Assembly: GCA_963812135.1 (NCBI GenBank)
Contig: CAWETU010000001.1
Location: 2,208,001 to 2,272,000, forward strand
DNA: 64,000 nt
Source: Vulcanimicrobiota bacterium
GTDB taxonomy: Bacteria; Vulcanimicrobiota; Vulcanimicrobiia; Eremiobacterales; Eremiobacteraceae
Direction of reading: 5' to 3'
Shown: positions 1 to 9,814 of the stretch, one piece after another
Layout: every line of letters starts with the position of its first letter
Position numbering within the stretch: the stretch's first letter is position 1
Notes under the pieces: model-generated
The model's database searches: none
Told to the model about the DNA's origin: nothing
The model's input: only the letters and a program-made list of their open reading frames with translations
Program-made: the position numbers and the translations under genes

Positions 1-607
1 GGTCGGCAACTTCAACGGCGATCCAATGCGGCGCGTCTCCGGCGTGGCCGGCGCGGCGCCGCTGTGGAACCGCATCATGCTGCATCTGCACGAGCAGCGC
101 GACCCGGCCCCGTTCCCCGCTCCTGCAGGGATGGTGGCTCGTCAAATCTGCGCGCAGACCGGCTACAAGCCGACGCCGGATTGCGACTCGGTGGTCTCTG
201 AGTATCTCTGGCCCGAGGATCTGGTCACGTACGAGCGTCCGCAACGCGCTGCCGGTTTACCGCGTGAATACGACGAGTGGCTGGCGCTGCAGCAGCGCGC
301 GCCGACGGCGCCGAGCGGCTTCCGCATCGTCGCGCCGCGGGAAGGCGATTCGTTCTTGGTATCTCCCAAACGCATCGGCGTGCAGCGCCTTGAGTTGCAG
401 GCGCTTGCTTTGCCAGGTCAACGAATCGACTGGCGCCTTGACGGACTACGCATCGCAAGCGGCCCCTCGGTTTTCTGGCCGATGCGTCCCGGCCATTTCA
501 CGATCGAGGCGAGCAGCGCCGGGCGCACGGATCGCGTTAGCTTCGACGTCGAATCTGGGGTGATCGCGCGTCAACCGCGCCCAGGATTCTCGTTGATTTC
601 TCGCTAG
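1..607 (+). CDS. pbpC: Penicillin-binding protein 1C, C-terminal part (gene starts before window)
   Basis: VGNFNGDPMRRVSGVAGAAPLW transpeptidase tail followed by a PBP1C-type C-terminal domain (FRIVAPREG...IDWRLDG...WPMRPGHFTI). Confidence 0.85.
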   Translation, partial: VGNFNGDPMRRVSGVAGAAPLWNRIMLHLHEQRDPAPFPAPAGMVARQICAQTGYKPTPDCDSVVSEYLWPEDLVTYERPQRAAGLPREYDEWLALQQRAPTAPSGFRIVAPREGDSFLVSPKRIGVQRLELQALALPGQRIDWRLDGLRIASGPSVFWPMRPGHFTIEASSAGRTDRVSFDVESGVIARQPRPGFSLISR

Positions 608-622
608 TCAACCATACGCGAC

Positions 623-1921
623 CTAGCCGACCGGGTTCGCGCCGTGGCATTTCTTGAATTTCTTCAAACTGCCGCATGGGCAGAGCTCGTTGCGGCCGGC
701 TTTCGCGAACGCCGCTTCTTGCTCGGCGGCGAGCAGCGTCATGACGCCCTCCGCCTCTTCCCCTCGTTTTATGAGATCGCCGATGAGCCGCATGGGTCCG
801 TCGATGTGATGGAAGAACGCTTTGTAGCCCTCGCATAAGTAGTTCAGCCCGGGCTCGCCGCTGGGCGTGTTGATGAAACGGTTTTTCGGACATTCGCCGT
901 TGCAGGCGAAACGCACATCGCATTCGCGGCAGTACTGCGGCAGCGATTCGAGCTTCGCGCTTCCGAACGCGCGCTGGAAATCCGAATCGAGCATCTCTCG
1001 CATCGGGCGCACCCCGATATTGCCGAGCAAGTACTTGGGTTCGACGAAATGATCGCAGGAATAGAGATCGCCGTTGTGTTCGAGCGCGAGCCCGGTGCCG
1101 CACGTCGCATCGAAAACGCACATGCCGGACGGCATCCCCAGCCAGCTTCTCGCCGCGCCCTCGAAGGTCTGCACGAAAACACGTCCGACGTCGTTGCGCA
1201 CCCACTCGTCGAAGATCGCGATAAGAAAGTCGCCCAGCTGTTTCGGCGTCACGGATCGTTCTGAGACTTTCGAACCCTCCTGATAGAGCGTCCGCCCATC
1301 ATCGTTCACGCGCTCGATGACCGGGATGAACTGGATCCAGGTCGTGCCGACTTCGTCGCGCAAGAAGCGATAGACGTCAAGCGGGTGATCGGCGTTCGTC
1401 CGGTTGACGGTGGTGAGGATGTTGTACTCGACGCCGTTCTTTTGGAGCAGACGTAGGCCGCGCATGACGTTGTCGAACGTGCCGCGACCGCCCTTATCGA
1501 CCCGATTGGCATCGTGGAGTTCGCGCGGCCCGTCGATGCTCAGCCCAACGAGATAGTCGTTCGCCTTGAAGAACTCGCACCACTCATCGTTCAGCAATGT
1601 GCCGTTCGTCTGGAGGGTGTTTTCGAACACCATGCCCGGCCTCTTGTGCTTGTTCTGAAATTCGATCGCGCGGCGGTAAAAGTCAACTCCCATGATCGTC
1701 GGCTCGCCGCCTTGCCAGGCGACCGTGACGTGATCGCTGCGGTGCCCGTCGATCAGCTGCTTGATGTAGGTCTCCAGCATGGCGTCGTCCATGCGGAAAC
1801 GGCTGCCGGGATACAGCTGCTCCTTATCGAGGAAAAAGCAATAGGAGCAATCGAGATTGCATATGGCGCCTGCCGGTTTCGCCATCACGTGAAATCGGGG
1901 TGGGGTCCGTTCTTGTATCAC
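623..1921 (-). CDS. Anaerobic sulfatase maturase (radical SAM/SPASM) with C-terminal SEC-C motif
   Basis: CNLDCSYC radical SAM motif, WQGGEPT, SPASM cysteines (C..GDLYSCDH..CRECDVRFACNGECPK), GRNELCPCGSLKKFKKCHG; start placed at GTG 1921. Confidence 0.92.
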   Translation of the reverse strand: MIQERTPPRFHVMAKPAGAICNLDCSYCFFLDKEQLYPGSRFRMDDAMLETYIKQLIDGHRSDHVTVAWQGGEPTIMGVDFYRRAIEFQNKHKRPGMVFENTLQTNGTLLNDEWCEFFKANDYLVGLSIDGPRELHDANRVDKGGRGTFDNVMRGLRLLQKNGVEYNILTTVNRTNADHPLDVYRFLRDEVGTTWIQFIPVIERVNDDGRTLYQEGSKVSERSVTPKQLGDFLIAIFDEWVRNDVGRVFVQTFEGAARSWLGMPSGMCVFDATCGTGLALEHNGDLYSCDHFVEPKYLLGNIGVRPMREMLDSDFQRAFGSAKLESLPQYCRECDVRFACNGECPKNRFINTPSGEPGLNYLCEGYKAFFHHIDGPMRLIGDLIKRGEEAEGVMTLLAAEQEAAFAKAGRNELCPCGSLKKFKKCHGANPVG

Positions 1922-2036
1922 GCTCTTAGGGTAGTATCCACCCCCCTCGAGGCGTAAGAAGTCCTTGAGAAAAAGTGGTGAGGGGAGTCTCGGAGATGGC
2001 ACAAGGCAGCCGCTCGCAAAGGTAGAATCGCGCGCG

Positions 2037-2795
2037 ATGCAACTGTGGACCGCCACGCTGCCCGCATTCTTAGCCTCATTCGTCGAGTTCGTCGAAGCGC
2101 TGACGGTCGTGCTCGCCGTCGGCGTGACGCGCGGCTGGCGCTCGGCGATACTCGGGTCGGTCGCAGCGGTGGCGCTTCTCGGATTGCTCGTACTGCTCTT
2201 CGGCCCGCTGCTGGCCCGCTTCCCGATCGCGTGGCTGCAGATCGCCGTCGGGTGGTTGCTCATCTTGTTCGGGATGCGTTGGCTGCGCAAAGCCATACTG
2301 CGTGCCGGTGGCGCGATCAGTTTACACGACGAGACCAGCGCATTCGACCAACAAAGGCGAGAGTTGGAGAAATCGGACGCCGGGGGGTTGCGTGGTCTGG
2401 ACCCGGTCGGATTCCTCGCGTCGTTCAAAGCGGTGACGCTCGAGGGGCTCGAGGTGGTGTTCATCGTGATCGCAGTCGGCGCCACCGCGAACGCGCTCAT
2501 TCCGGCGAGCGCGGGTGCCGCGGCGGCCGGCGTGGTCGTGATCGGAGCGGGCGCGGCACTGCAGCGACCGCTCTCGCGTGTACCCGAGAACAGCCTCAAG
2601 TTCGCGGTCGGCGTCTTGCTGTCGGCGTTCGGCACGTTCTGGTTCGGCGAGGGGCTCGGCATGAAATGGGTGGGCGAGGACCTCGCCATTCTCGGGCTTA
2701 TCCTCGGCTATCTTCTGACTGCGTTGATCGCGATTGCGCTGTGCCGGCGAATGATCAGAGCAGACGGTCGAATAAACTCGACCGCTACAACCTGA
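2037..2795 (+). CDS. COG4280-type membrane protein (two ExxE-containing halves; possible metal transporter)
   Basis: ASFVEFVEALTVVLAVG and KAVTLEGLEVVFIVIA repeats, multiple TM segments. Confidence 0.75.
   Translation: MQLWTATLPAFLASFVEFVEALTVVLAVGVTRGWRSAILGSVAAVALLGLLVLLFGPLLARFPIAWLQIAVGWLLILFGMRWLRKAILRAGGAISLHDETSAFDQQRRELEKSDAGGLRGLDPVGFLASFKAVTLEGLEVVFIVIAVGATANALIPASAGAAAAGVVVIGAGAALQRPLSRVPENSLKFAVGVLLSAFGTFWFGEGLGMKWVGEDLAILGLILGYLLTALIAIALCRRMIRADGRINSTATT
2765..2788 (-). repeat. GTAG-type REP copy 1
   Basis: + strand CGGTCGAATAAACTCGACCGCTAC. Confidence 0.85.
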
Positions 2796-2808
2796 TGAGC
2801 GCTGCAAC

Positions 2809-3015
2809 GTGATGTGGATCTGGAACGGGTTGAAAGAAGTCTACGGACTGTTCGTCGACGACGGTCTGTTGTCGCTGGCGATCTGCCTTTGGCTGCTCGT
2901 CGTGTGGTTCGCACTTCCACACGTGCTCCCGGATCCGAGCGTACGGCCGATCGTCATGTTCGCCGGCCTTGCGGTCTTGTTGCTCGATAGCGTGCGCCGA
3001 GGTGCTCGTGCCTAA
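2809..3015 (+). CDS. Small membrane protein
   Basis: 68 aa, GLFVDDG motif plus two hydrophobic segments; tightly coupled to neighbours. Confidence 0.6.
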   Translation: MMWIWNGLKEVYGLFVDDGLLSLAICLWLLVVWFALPHVLPDPSVRPIVMFAGLAVLLLDSVRRGARA

Positions 3016-3631
3016 GGCCAAGCGCGCGACGGCGACCCCCAAGCGTTGTCCGTGGGCTGCGCGCGAGCCCGAGACACAGTATCACGATGAGGAATGGGGC
3101 ATTCCCGTCCACGACGACCGGGTGATGTTCGAATTCATCACGCTCGAAGGCGCGCAAGCGGGGCTGAGCTGGGAGACGATCCTGCGCAAGCGCGCGAACT
3201 ATCGTGAGGCCTTTGACGGATTCGACCCCGCGCGCGTGGCGCGCTTTAACGCCGCGCGCGTCAAGAAGCTGATGAACGATCCGGGAATCGTGCGCAACCG
3301 ATTGAAGATCGCCTCAACGATCGCGAACGCCAAGGCGTTTCTGGCGATCCAACGCGAGTTCGGCAGCTTCGATAAGTATGTATGGAAGTTCGTCGATGGA
3401 GCGCCGATCGACGGCAGACGGCGCCGGATGTCCGACCTTCCGGCGGCGACGAAGCAAGCGGACGCGCTGAGCAAAGACCTGCGTACGCGCGGTTTCCGCT
3501 TCGTGGGCCCGACCATAACGTATTCGTTCATGCAAGCGGTCGGCCTAGTGAACGACCACTTGCTCGACTGTCCTTGGCACGACACAGGTAGGTCGAAACG
3601 CGCGCGCGAAAGGCGCGCGACATCCCGATAA
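3008..3631 (+). CDS. tag: DNA-3-methyladenine glycosylase I
   Basis: RCPW..YHDEEWG, LEGAQAGLSWETIL, IVRNRLKI, FRFVGPTI, NDHLLDC. Confidence 0.95.
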   Translation: MPKAKRATATPKRCPWAAREPETQYHDEEWGIPVHDDRVMFEFITLEGAQAGLSWETILRKRANYREAFDGFDPARVARFNAARVKKLMNDPGIVRNRLKIASTIANAKAFLAIQREFGSFDKYVWKFVDGAPIDGRRRRMSDLPAATKQADALSKDLRTRGFRFVGPTITYSFMQAVGLVNDHLLDCPWHDTGRSKRARERRATSR

Positions 3632-3674
3632 TCTAGCACGCTCGCGATTTTCTTTTCGAGAACGGAGTGGGCAC

Positions 3675-5080
3675 ATGCAACGCAAACGGTTTCTTGCAGT
3701 CGCTGGTGGTTCCGCATTGGTCGCGGCTGGCCGCTGACCAGCTCCTCGGGCTGCGCGCGGCGCTCGCGGGGCCTCCATTCACGCGGCAAGATGTCGGCGG
3801 CCTGACGTCCGCCAGCAAGCATATCAAATCGTACGCCAAAGCGGTCGCCGCTATGAAAAAGCTGCCCGACACCGACCCCACCAGCTGGAAATATCAGGCG
3901 GCTATTCACTGGACGACACTGAGCCCGCTCAAAACGTCGTGGGATTCGTGCCAGCACGGCAACGCATTCTTCTGGTCCTGGCACCGCATGTATCTCTATT
4001 GGTTCGAGCGCATCGTGCGCAAGAAATCCGGCGACCCGTCGTTCGCGCTACCGTTCTGGGCTTGGGACTCACCGAGCGAGAGTCACCTGCCGCCGATGTT
4101 CCGCGATAAGAAGAGCACGCTGTATCGGGCATGGCGAGATCCTAACATGAACAACGGCACGGGATCATTGCCGGCATGGGCCGTCGACTATTCGGGCGCG
4201 TTCGCGACCTCGGTGTTCAGCACGCCGGCCCAGACCGGCGCGAGCGACCTGTTCCAAGTGACGCCGCACGGCAGCGTGCACGTGCTTGTCAACGGCGGAA
4301 TGCACGACGTGCAGACCGCCGCTCCCGATCCTATCTTCTACCTGCATCATGCGAACGTCGACCGGTTGTGGGAGCTGTGGCGCGCGAGCTACGGCGGCAA
4401 AGACCCCATTTGGGACTCCTCGTGGACTAGGCAAGACGTGGACGTTCTTCAATGAGAACGGCAAAGCGGTCACTATGTCTGCGTGCCAGATCCTCAACGC
4501 CGCTTCGCAACTGAACTACGTCTACGAGGCTGGACCGTCGCCGCCGTTGGAGACGTGCCCGTCGCGATTCATCTGCTGCATACCGATCTATGAGTACATC
4601 GAGTTCGTGGGTCCGCCCATTCCGCCGATCGGAGCGCAGCCCGTCCACATCCCGCTGCCGCTCACGACAGAGCAACGTCAGACCTTGACGAACAGAGCGC
4701 CTAGCTCCACGGAGAACATCTATCTGCAGCTCCAGAACGTGCAGGCGTCCTCTGCGCCCAACGTCGTGTGGCAGGTCTACGTGGGACCGGCGACTACGCC
4801 CGCGGCCGCGATGACGCCCAACGCGCCTGCTGGGAAAAACCCGCACTATGTGGGCAACGTCGTGCTGTTCGGACTCGGCGTGAAGGGTGGGATGCCGACC
4901 ATGCCCGCCACTCTGTCGTTCAAGATCAACCGCGCGCTGCTGGCATCGCAGGGCCCGCTTACCATCACGTTCGTGCCCGCGGGCATTCTCATCAACGGCC
5001 AGCCGTCACACCCGCAGGTGCGCGAGACCGTTCAGATCGGCAAGCTCCGCGTCGTGGTGGAGACGATCAAACAAGGATAA
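3675..5080 (+). CDS. Secreted tyrosinase/polyphenol oxidase (two frameshifts, ~3730 and ~4425)
   Basis: CuA (QAAIH..CQHGNAFFWSWHRMYL) and CuB (PHGSVH..DPIFYLHHANVDRLW) motifs; ATG 3675 after GGAG gives Tat-like MQRKRFLAVAGG; C-terminal domain in ORF 4286..5080. Confidence 0.85.
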
Positions 5081-5114
5081 GCTCAGCGACGGGGTCGCGG
5101 TTCATCCCGTTCCG

Positions 5115-5663
5115 TTAATCGGATTTTGTCGAGTCGTCCGTGAACTCCGTGACGATGTACGTCACGATGTCCCACGCGTTGTGGATACCGATGAAGATCA
5201 ACAGCGTCGCGCCGATGGCGAGCGCGAACATCGCGTCGACTGGAACACTGCGAAGCATGATGCCGGCTGCGAGAATGGCGCCATACGCGACAAACGGGAG
5301 AAGCGTGTACCAAGCCCAGTCCTCGAAGTCCGGAGTGTATGAAGTCAGCCGCTTTGTCAGATGCATCAGTCGCGCGAGGTACACGATGCCCACCAGGCCG
5401 ATAACTCCTAGCGTAATGGCGAGGAGAACGGTCGAGCGCCACGGCGCGCTAAGCAGCGCAGCGACGAGCAGTGCGGTGCCGAAGTGCACCACCGTCGGCG
5501 TGCTGAACGTCCCGATCCCGTCCGGGTTGCGCCTCAGGCGGTCTATCCCCGTGACGAGTGTGATCACGACGAACATCAATCCGGTCAGCGATGCGGCCGC
5601 CGACCCGATCAAGATGTAGAAACTCGACCACGGAGTGAGGATGGACGAAAGAGTTTCAGCCAT
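5115..5663 (-). CDS. Conserved membrane protein
   Basis: WSSFYILIGSAAASLTGLMFVVIT...IGIHNAWDIV, about 5 TM segments. Confidence 0.75.
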   Translation of the reverse strand: MAETLSSILTPWSSFYILIGSAAASLTGLMFVVITLVTGIDRLRRNPDGIGTFSTPTVVHFGTALLVAALLSAPWRSTVLLAITLGVIGLVGIVYLARLMHLTKRLTSYTPDFEDWAWYTLLPFVAYGAILAAGIMLRSVPVDAMFALAIGATLLIFIGIHNAWDIVTYIVTEFTDDSTKSD

Positions 5664-5666
5664 CGA

Positions 5667-6986
5667 TCAAACCTCGACACCGAGCGCGACGGCGGTTTCC
5701 GAGGCTGCGCGCATACCGGTTTGGAGCGCCCCGTTCACCGTGCCGCCTTGGCCGTCGGTCGACGTCGCCTCGCCCGCGAAGAACAATGTGCTATCGACTG
5801 GCGTGGCGAGCGTTGCGCGCGCATCCGTTCCGCCGACCACGATGTAGCTGTACGCGCCGCGCGAAAACGGGTCGGCGCCCCAATCGTGCGTAGCGCCGCC
5901 TTCGAATTCCTGGCGCGCGAGCTCGTTCTCGCCGAACAGCGCGCCGAAGCCGTCGAGCGCTTGCCTGATGAGTTCGGCATGCGACGAGCCGCTCAACGCG
6001 GTCGCCTTTGGACCGCCGGCCCACGCCACGATCAACTCGCTGTGCACGGGAAGTTGCGTCCAGTACCCCGCGAACGGCTGGTCCGGACTGCGGAAGAACG
6101 CGGCTTCGCTGTAACGTCCGTTCCTGACCCGCTCCCAAAACGCTGTCCGAAACCAGAGCAGCACGCGGGCGACGTGACCCATCTCGATGCTGCGCAGCGC
6201 GTCGCGTTTGGCGGCCGGGAGATCCGGGGCGAACACGAGCTCGGCTTCATCCCCGATATGGCGCAAAACACCGACAGGAACCGTCACGACAGCAGCTCGC
6301 GCATTGATGGTCTGCGTTTCCTCTAAAGATGTTTTCGCATCGACGGCGACGGCGCCGCGACGCCACGAGATCCGCCGCACGACCGTCGAAAGATGGCTCT
6401 GAACTCCGGCGACGGCGCAGGCGTTGTGCAGGTGCTCGAACATCGGCGCGTAACCGCCGAGCGGCCGCGCGCTCGCGAAATCGACGCCGCTTCGCAACTC
6501 GTCCGCGATCGCTTTCGCGCTTGCGATCGCGGGATCGGCGGCTTCGAATCCTTCGACGAAGGAGCGCGCCATGCGCAGCGCTTCCGCCTTTGTCGGGTCG
6601 TGCTCGAAGCGCCGCAGAAATCGATCAACGCTTTCGTCATCGGCGAGCGCGTGAGCTCCCTCGAGGATGCGAGCCGCAGACCGGAGGTCGTTTTCGTCGC
6701 GCCGCAGGTGCCCGTCCTCGCCGAGCGTCCACGACCCGCTGACGGTGTCGACCGCCGCAGTCCCAGACTCCCTAAGCAGCGCTCTCGTCTGCTCGGCGGG
6801 GCCATGGATGAACTCCGCGCCGAGCTCGGGCGAGGCCGCGCCCGGCCCTGATGGATCCCATCGCACGCGGCCGCCGATGCGATCGCGGGCTTCGAGCAGG
6901 ATCACTTTGAGCGACCCCTGCGCGAGGCTGCGCGCGGCGGCCAGGCCAGCCGCGCCGGCGCCGATCACAATGACGTCAGCGTCCAT
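5667..6986 (-). CDS. Flavin monoamine oxidase family protein
   Basis: VIVIGAGAAGLAAA..LEARDRIGGR, ELGAEFIHG, WGADPFSRGAYS, FAGEAT..GTVNGALQTG. Confidence 0.9.
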   Translation of the reverse strand: MDADVIVIGAGAAGLAAARSLAQGSLKVILLEARDRIGGRVRWDPSGPGAASPELGAEFIHGPAEQTRALLRESGTAAVDTVSGSWTLGEDGHLRRDENDLRSAARILEGAHALADDESVDRFLRRFEHDPTKAEALRMARSFVEGFEAADPAIASAKAIADELRSGVDFASARPLGGYAPMFEHLHNACAVAGVQSHLSTVVRRISWRRGAVAVDAKTSLEETQTINARAAVVTVPVGVLRHIGDEAELVFAPDLPAAKRDALRSIEMGHVARVLLWFRTAFWERVRNGRYSEAAFFRSPDQPFAGYWTQLPVHSELIVAWAGGPKATALSGSSHAELIRQALDGFGALFGENELARQEFEGGATHDWGADPFSRGAYSYIVVGGTDARATLATPVDSTLFFAGEATSTDGQGGTVNGALQTGMRAASETAVALGVEV

Positions 6987-7082
6987 TTCCACGCCGAAAA
7001 CCTTGGGTGCGCAGGTGCTCGAATCCCGTGCGACGCGCAGGTGCTCTGAGGGAAAGCGCCTCCTTTGGCCCAACACGGCTCC

Positions 7083-7527
7083 ATGATCGCGCTTGTCATC
7101 GCGATGGTCATCGCGTCACCCGAGCCTCTCTTGCCGGCTCCATGGGAATCGCAGCCGGGCCGTGTTGTCGGACAGTACGCAAGGTATATCAGGCACGAGC
7201 CGGACGGTAGCGATAGCGAGCTTTCAGGCCTCGCGCGCCGCATGCAACATATGCGATCCCGCGGCCGGGGTGCAGCTATTCGCGAATGCCGCCACATCGT
7301 ATCCAACCGGAACGGCGAAGCACGACGTGGTGTCGCTGTGCGGGCACAGCGCCCATCACGTGCTTGCGCTCGGAATCACCGCCTACGATCCGCGCAAATT
7401 TAACTTCGAAGTGTTCATGTTCCGCGATGGGGCAACGATATACACGCTCTTCTACACGTTTCATGCAAGTGCGCCCGATCCTGACGCGGAAGGCGCCCTG
7501 ACCGCGCTCTGCCCGCCGGCGCCGTGA
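7083..7527 (+). CDS. Secreted hypothetical protein (frameshift ~7230-7250)
   Basis: Hydrophobic N-terminus MIALVIAMVIAS in one frame, globular C-terminus in another. Confidence 0.5.
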
Positions 7528-7576
7528 TCTAGCGCACCGATCCAGCGTAGAGGAGGCGTCCACGCCTCCGCGAAGC

Positions 7577-7608
7577 GTTAACCATGGTTGACAGTAACCA
7601 TGGTTAAC
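7577..7608. promoter_or_regulatory. Tandem palindromic operator overlapping the DtxR/MntR start
   Basis: GTTAACCATGGTTGAC followed directly by AGTAACCATGGTTAAC (core AACCATGGTT, 16-bp period). Confidence 0.7.
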
Positions 7609-8298
7609 AAGACGCGTGACCGGTCGCGTGAGCGGGCGCGCGAAGACTACGTCAAGGGCATCTACCATCTGAGCGGGGATGCGCCCGTGCGCGCCGCCGA
7701 TCTCGCGCGCCACCTGAGCGTCTCGCGCGCGTCGGTGAGCAAGGCGAGACGTGTGCTCGAGTCTGCAGGGTTCGTGCGCACCTCGCAGGGTCGCGTGGAT
7801 GCGTTGCGCCTCACGCCCAAAGGGCTCGAGCTCGCGGTGAGCATGGTGCGCCGCCACCGTCTGGTCGAGACGTTCTTGCATCGGGCGCTGGGAGTGCCGC
7901 TCGAGCGGGTCCACGCGGATGCGGAGAAGATCGAACACACCATCTCGGATGACATCGCGCAGCGCCTCGCCGAGTTTTTGGGCAACCCCTCGACCGATCC
8001 ACACGGCCATCCGATCCCGCGGGCGAGCTCGACCGCGTTCGTCTCCAGCGACGCGCGCCTTTCGCAAGCGCGTGCAGGCGACCACCTCGTCGTCACGACG
8101 CTCGACGACCGCGACGATCGTTCCGTCAAATATCTTTCCGCACGCGGCATGCTGCCGGGCTTGCGCCTCACCGTCGAAGGCACGACTGCTGCCGGCGTCC
8201 GAGTGCGCGCCGGCCGCAAGCGCGTCACCATCTCGCGACAAGCCGCCGACCACGTGCGCTGCGTGGCGGCCGGCGCGAGAAGCGCTAGCCATGAGTGA
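7600..8298 (+). CDS. mntR: DtxR/MntR family metal-dependent regulator with FeoA domain
   Basis: EDYVKGIY, RRHRLVETFL, AEKIEH, DPHGHPIP, C-terminal FeoA-like SH3. Confidence 0.9.
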   Translation: MVNKTRDRSRERAREDYVKGIYHLSGDAPVRAADLARHLSVSRASVSKARRVLESAGFVRTSQGRVDALRLTPKGLELAVSMVRRHRLVETFLHRALGVPLERVHADAEKIEHTISDDIAQRLAEFLGNPSTDPHGHPIPRASSTAFVSSDARLSQARAGDHLVVTTLDDRDDRSVKYLSARGMLPGLRLTVEGTTAAGVRVRAGRKRVTISRQAADHVRCVAAGARSASHE

Positions 8299-9643
8299 TC
8301 TCGCGCAACCGCCCGGTTTGACCCTCGCGCCGACGCGCGAGGAAGAGCTGCGCGAGCGCGATCGCGCGCGTGTGCAAGACGCGCGCGCGCGACATCGGCC
8401 GATCTGGCTCTTCTTCTTGCTCGCCGGCCCCGGCATCTTGGTCATGCTCGGCGAGAACGATGGCCCGAGCATGCTGTCGTACGCGACGACGGGCGCGAGC
8501 TACGGCGTCGGCTTCTTCATCCCGTTCATCCTGCTGACGTTCTTCATGGCGTTCGTCGTCCAAGAGATGACGGTGCGTCTCGGCATCGCGACACAGCGCG
8601 GCCATGCGGAGCTGATCTTCGAGCGCTTCGGCCCGTTCTGGGGCTATTTCTCCATGCTCGACTTGACGATCGGCAACGTGCTCACACTCATCACCGAGTT
8701 CATCGCTATCCGTGCAGGCGCGGCGTATTTCGGGATCCCCGCATTTGTGGCGGTCGCTGCCGGCGTCGTGATCGTCATCTTGTCGGTGAGTTTTCGCCGC
8801 TACTTCACCTGGGAACGCGCCGCGCTGGCGCTGGCGGCGTTCAATCTGCTCTTCGTGCCGGCCGCCCTCATGGCGCATCCGGATTGGAATGCGGTCGCGC
8901 ACGCACTGGGCACATGGAGTCCGTTGCCTGGCGGCGTGACGGCGGTCTTCGTCACGCTGCTGCTCGCGGATGTCGGCGCCACCGTCACGCCGTGGATGAT
9001 CTTCTTCCAGCAGAGCGCGGTGGTCGACAAGGGTATGACGCGCGACGATCTACCGCAAGGCCGCTTCGACACGGGCCTGGGCGCGTTTATCGCGGCTATC
9101 GCGGCAATCGCCGCCGTGTTGGTCTGCGTGCCGCTGTTCGAACACCACGTCAACGCGGCGGCATTCAGCGGTGGCACCGATTTTGCAAGCGCGTTGCGGC
9201 CCTTCATCGGTGGCCCTGGCGCGGCGCTGTTCGCGCTCGGCATGATCGAGGCTGGGATCGTTGCGGCGATGACCATCTCGACGAGTTCGGCCTACGCGCT
9301 CGGTGAAGTGCTGCGCTCCAAGCACAGCCTGAACGCGAGCTTCGTGAACGCCAAACCATTCTACATCACCGGTGCGCTCTCTGTGATCGTCGCCGCGTCA
9401 GTCGTGCTGATCCCGCACGCGCCGCTGCTCGCGATCACGATCGCGGTCAATGTCATCGCGACGCTGCTGATGGCGCCTGCGCTGGTGTTCTTACTACTCC
9501 TGGCCAACGACCGCGAGGTCATCGGCTCTCTAGCAAACGGCATCAAGAGCAACCTGCTCGGAGGCGCGATCGTCGTTCTGATCACGCTCATGGGCACGGC
9601 CTACGGACTGATCACCGTGTTCCCAGGTCTGATCCCCAAATGA
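8291..9643 (+). CDS. NRAMP-family divalent metal transporter (NRAMP-related subgroup)
   Basis: AGPGILVMLGENDG, QEMTVRLG, GATVTPWMIFFQQS; about 11 TM; overlaps regulator stop. Confidence 0.9.
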   Translation: MSDLAQPPGLTLAPTREEELRERDRARVQDARARHRPIWLFFLLAGPGILVMLGENDGPSMLSYATTGASYGVGFFIPFILLTFFMAFVVQEMTVRLGIATQRGHAELIFERFGPFWGYFSMLDLTIGNVLTLITEFIAIRAGAAYFGIPAFVAVAAGVVIVILSVSFRRYFTWERAALALAAFNLLFVPAALMAHPDWNAVAHALGTWSPLPGGVTAVFVTLLLADVGATVTPWMIFFQQSAVVDKGMTRDDLPQGRFDTGLGAFIAAIAAIAAVLVCVPLFEHHVNAAAFSGGTDFASALRPFIGGPGAALFALGMIEAGIVAAMTISTSSAYALGEVLRSKHSLNASFVNAKPFYITGALSVIVAASVVLIPHAPLLAITIAVNVIATLLMAPALVFLLLLANDREVIGSLANGIKSNLLGGAIVVLITLMGTAYGLITVFPGLIPK

Positions 9644-9788
9644 GCGATCAAAACCCGACGCCACTGCCTCGCCGCAAACTCTCACCGGGTTTGGTGGCGT
9701 TGTTGTGGGCGCTGCGCTCTGTATGTCGTGCTCGCCGTACCGCTCGTCTTCTACGCGTTTATCAAAGCGCTACACCAAGCGCCGTAAA
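9640..9788 (+). CDS. Small single-TM protein (1-nt frameshift ~9720)
   Basis: MSDQNPTPLPRRKLSPGLVALLWALR then YVVLAVPLVFYAFIKALHQAP* in the next frame; ATGA overlap with NRAMP. Confidence 0.55.
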
Positions 9789-9813
9789 CGGTCGAATAAA
9801 TTTCGACCGCTAC
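9789..9813 (-). repeat. GTAG-type REP copy 2
   Basis: CGGTCGAATAAATTTCGACCGCTAC. Confidence 0.85.
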
Positions 9814-9814
9814 A

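Noticed and set aside
1922..2689. 255-aa N-terminal extension on the sulfatase maturase
   Set aside because: It is the antisense shadow of the COG4280 membrane gene
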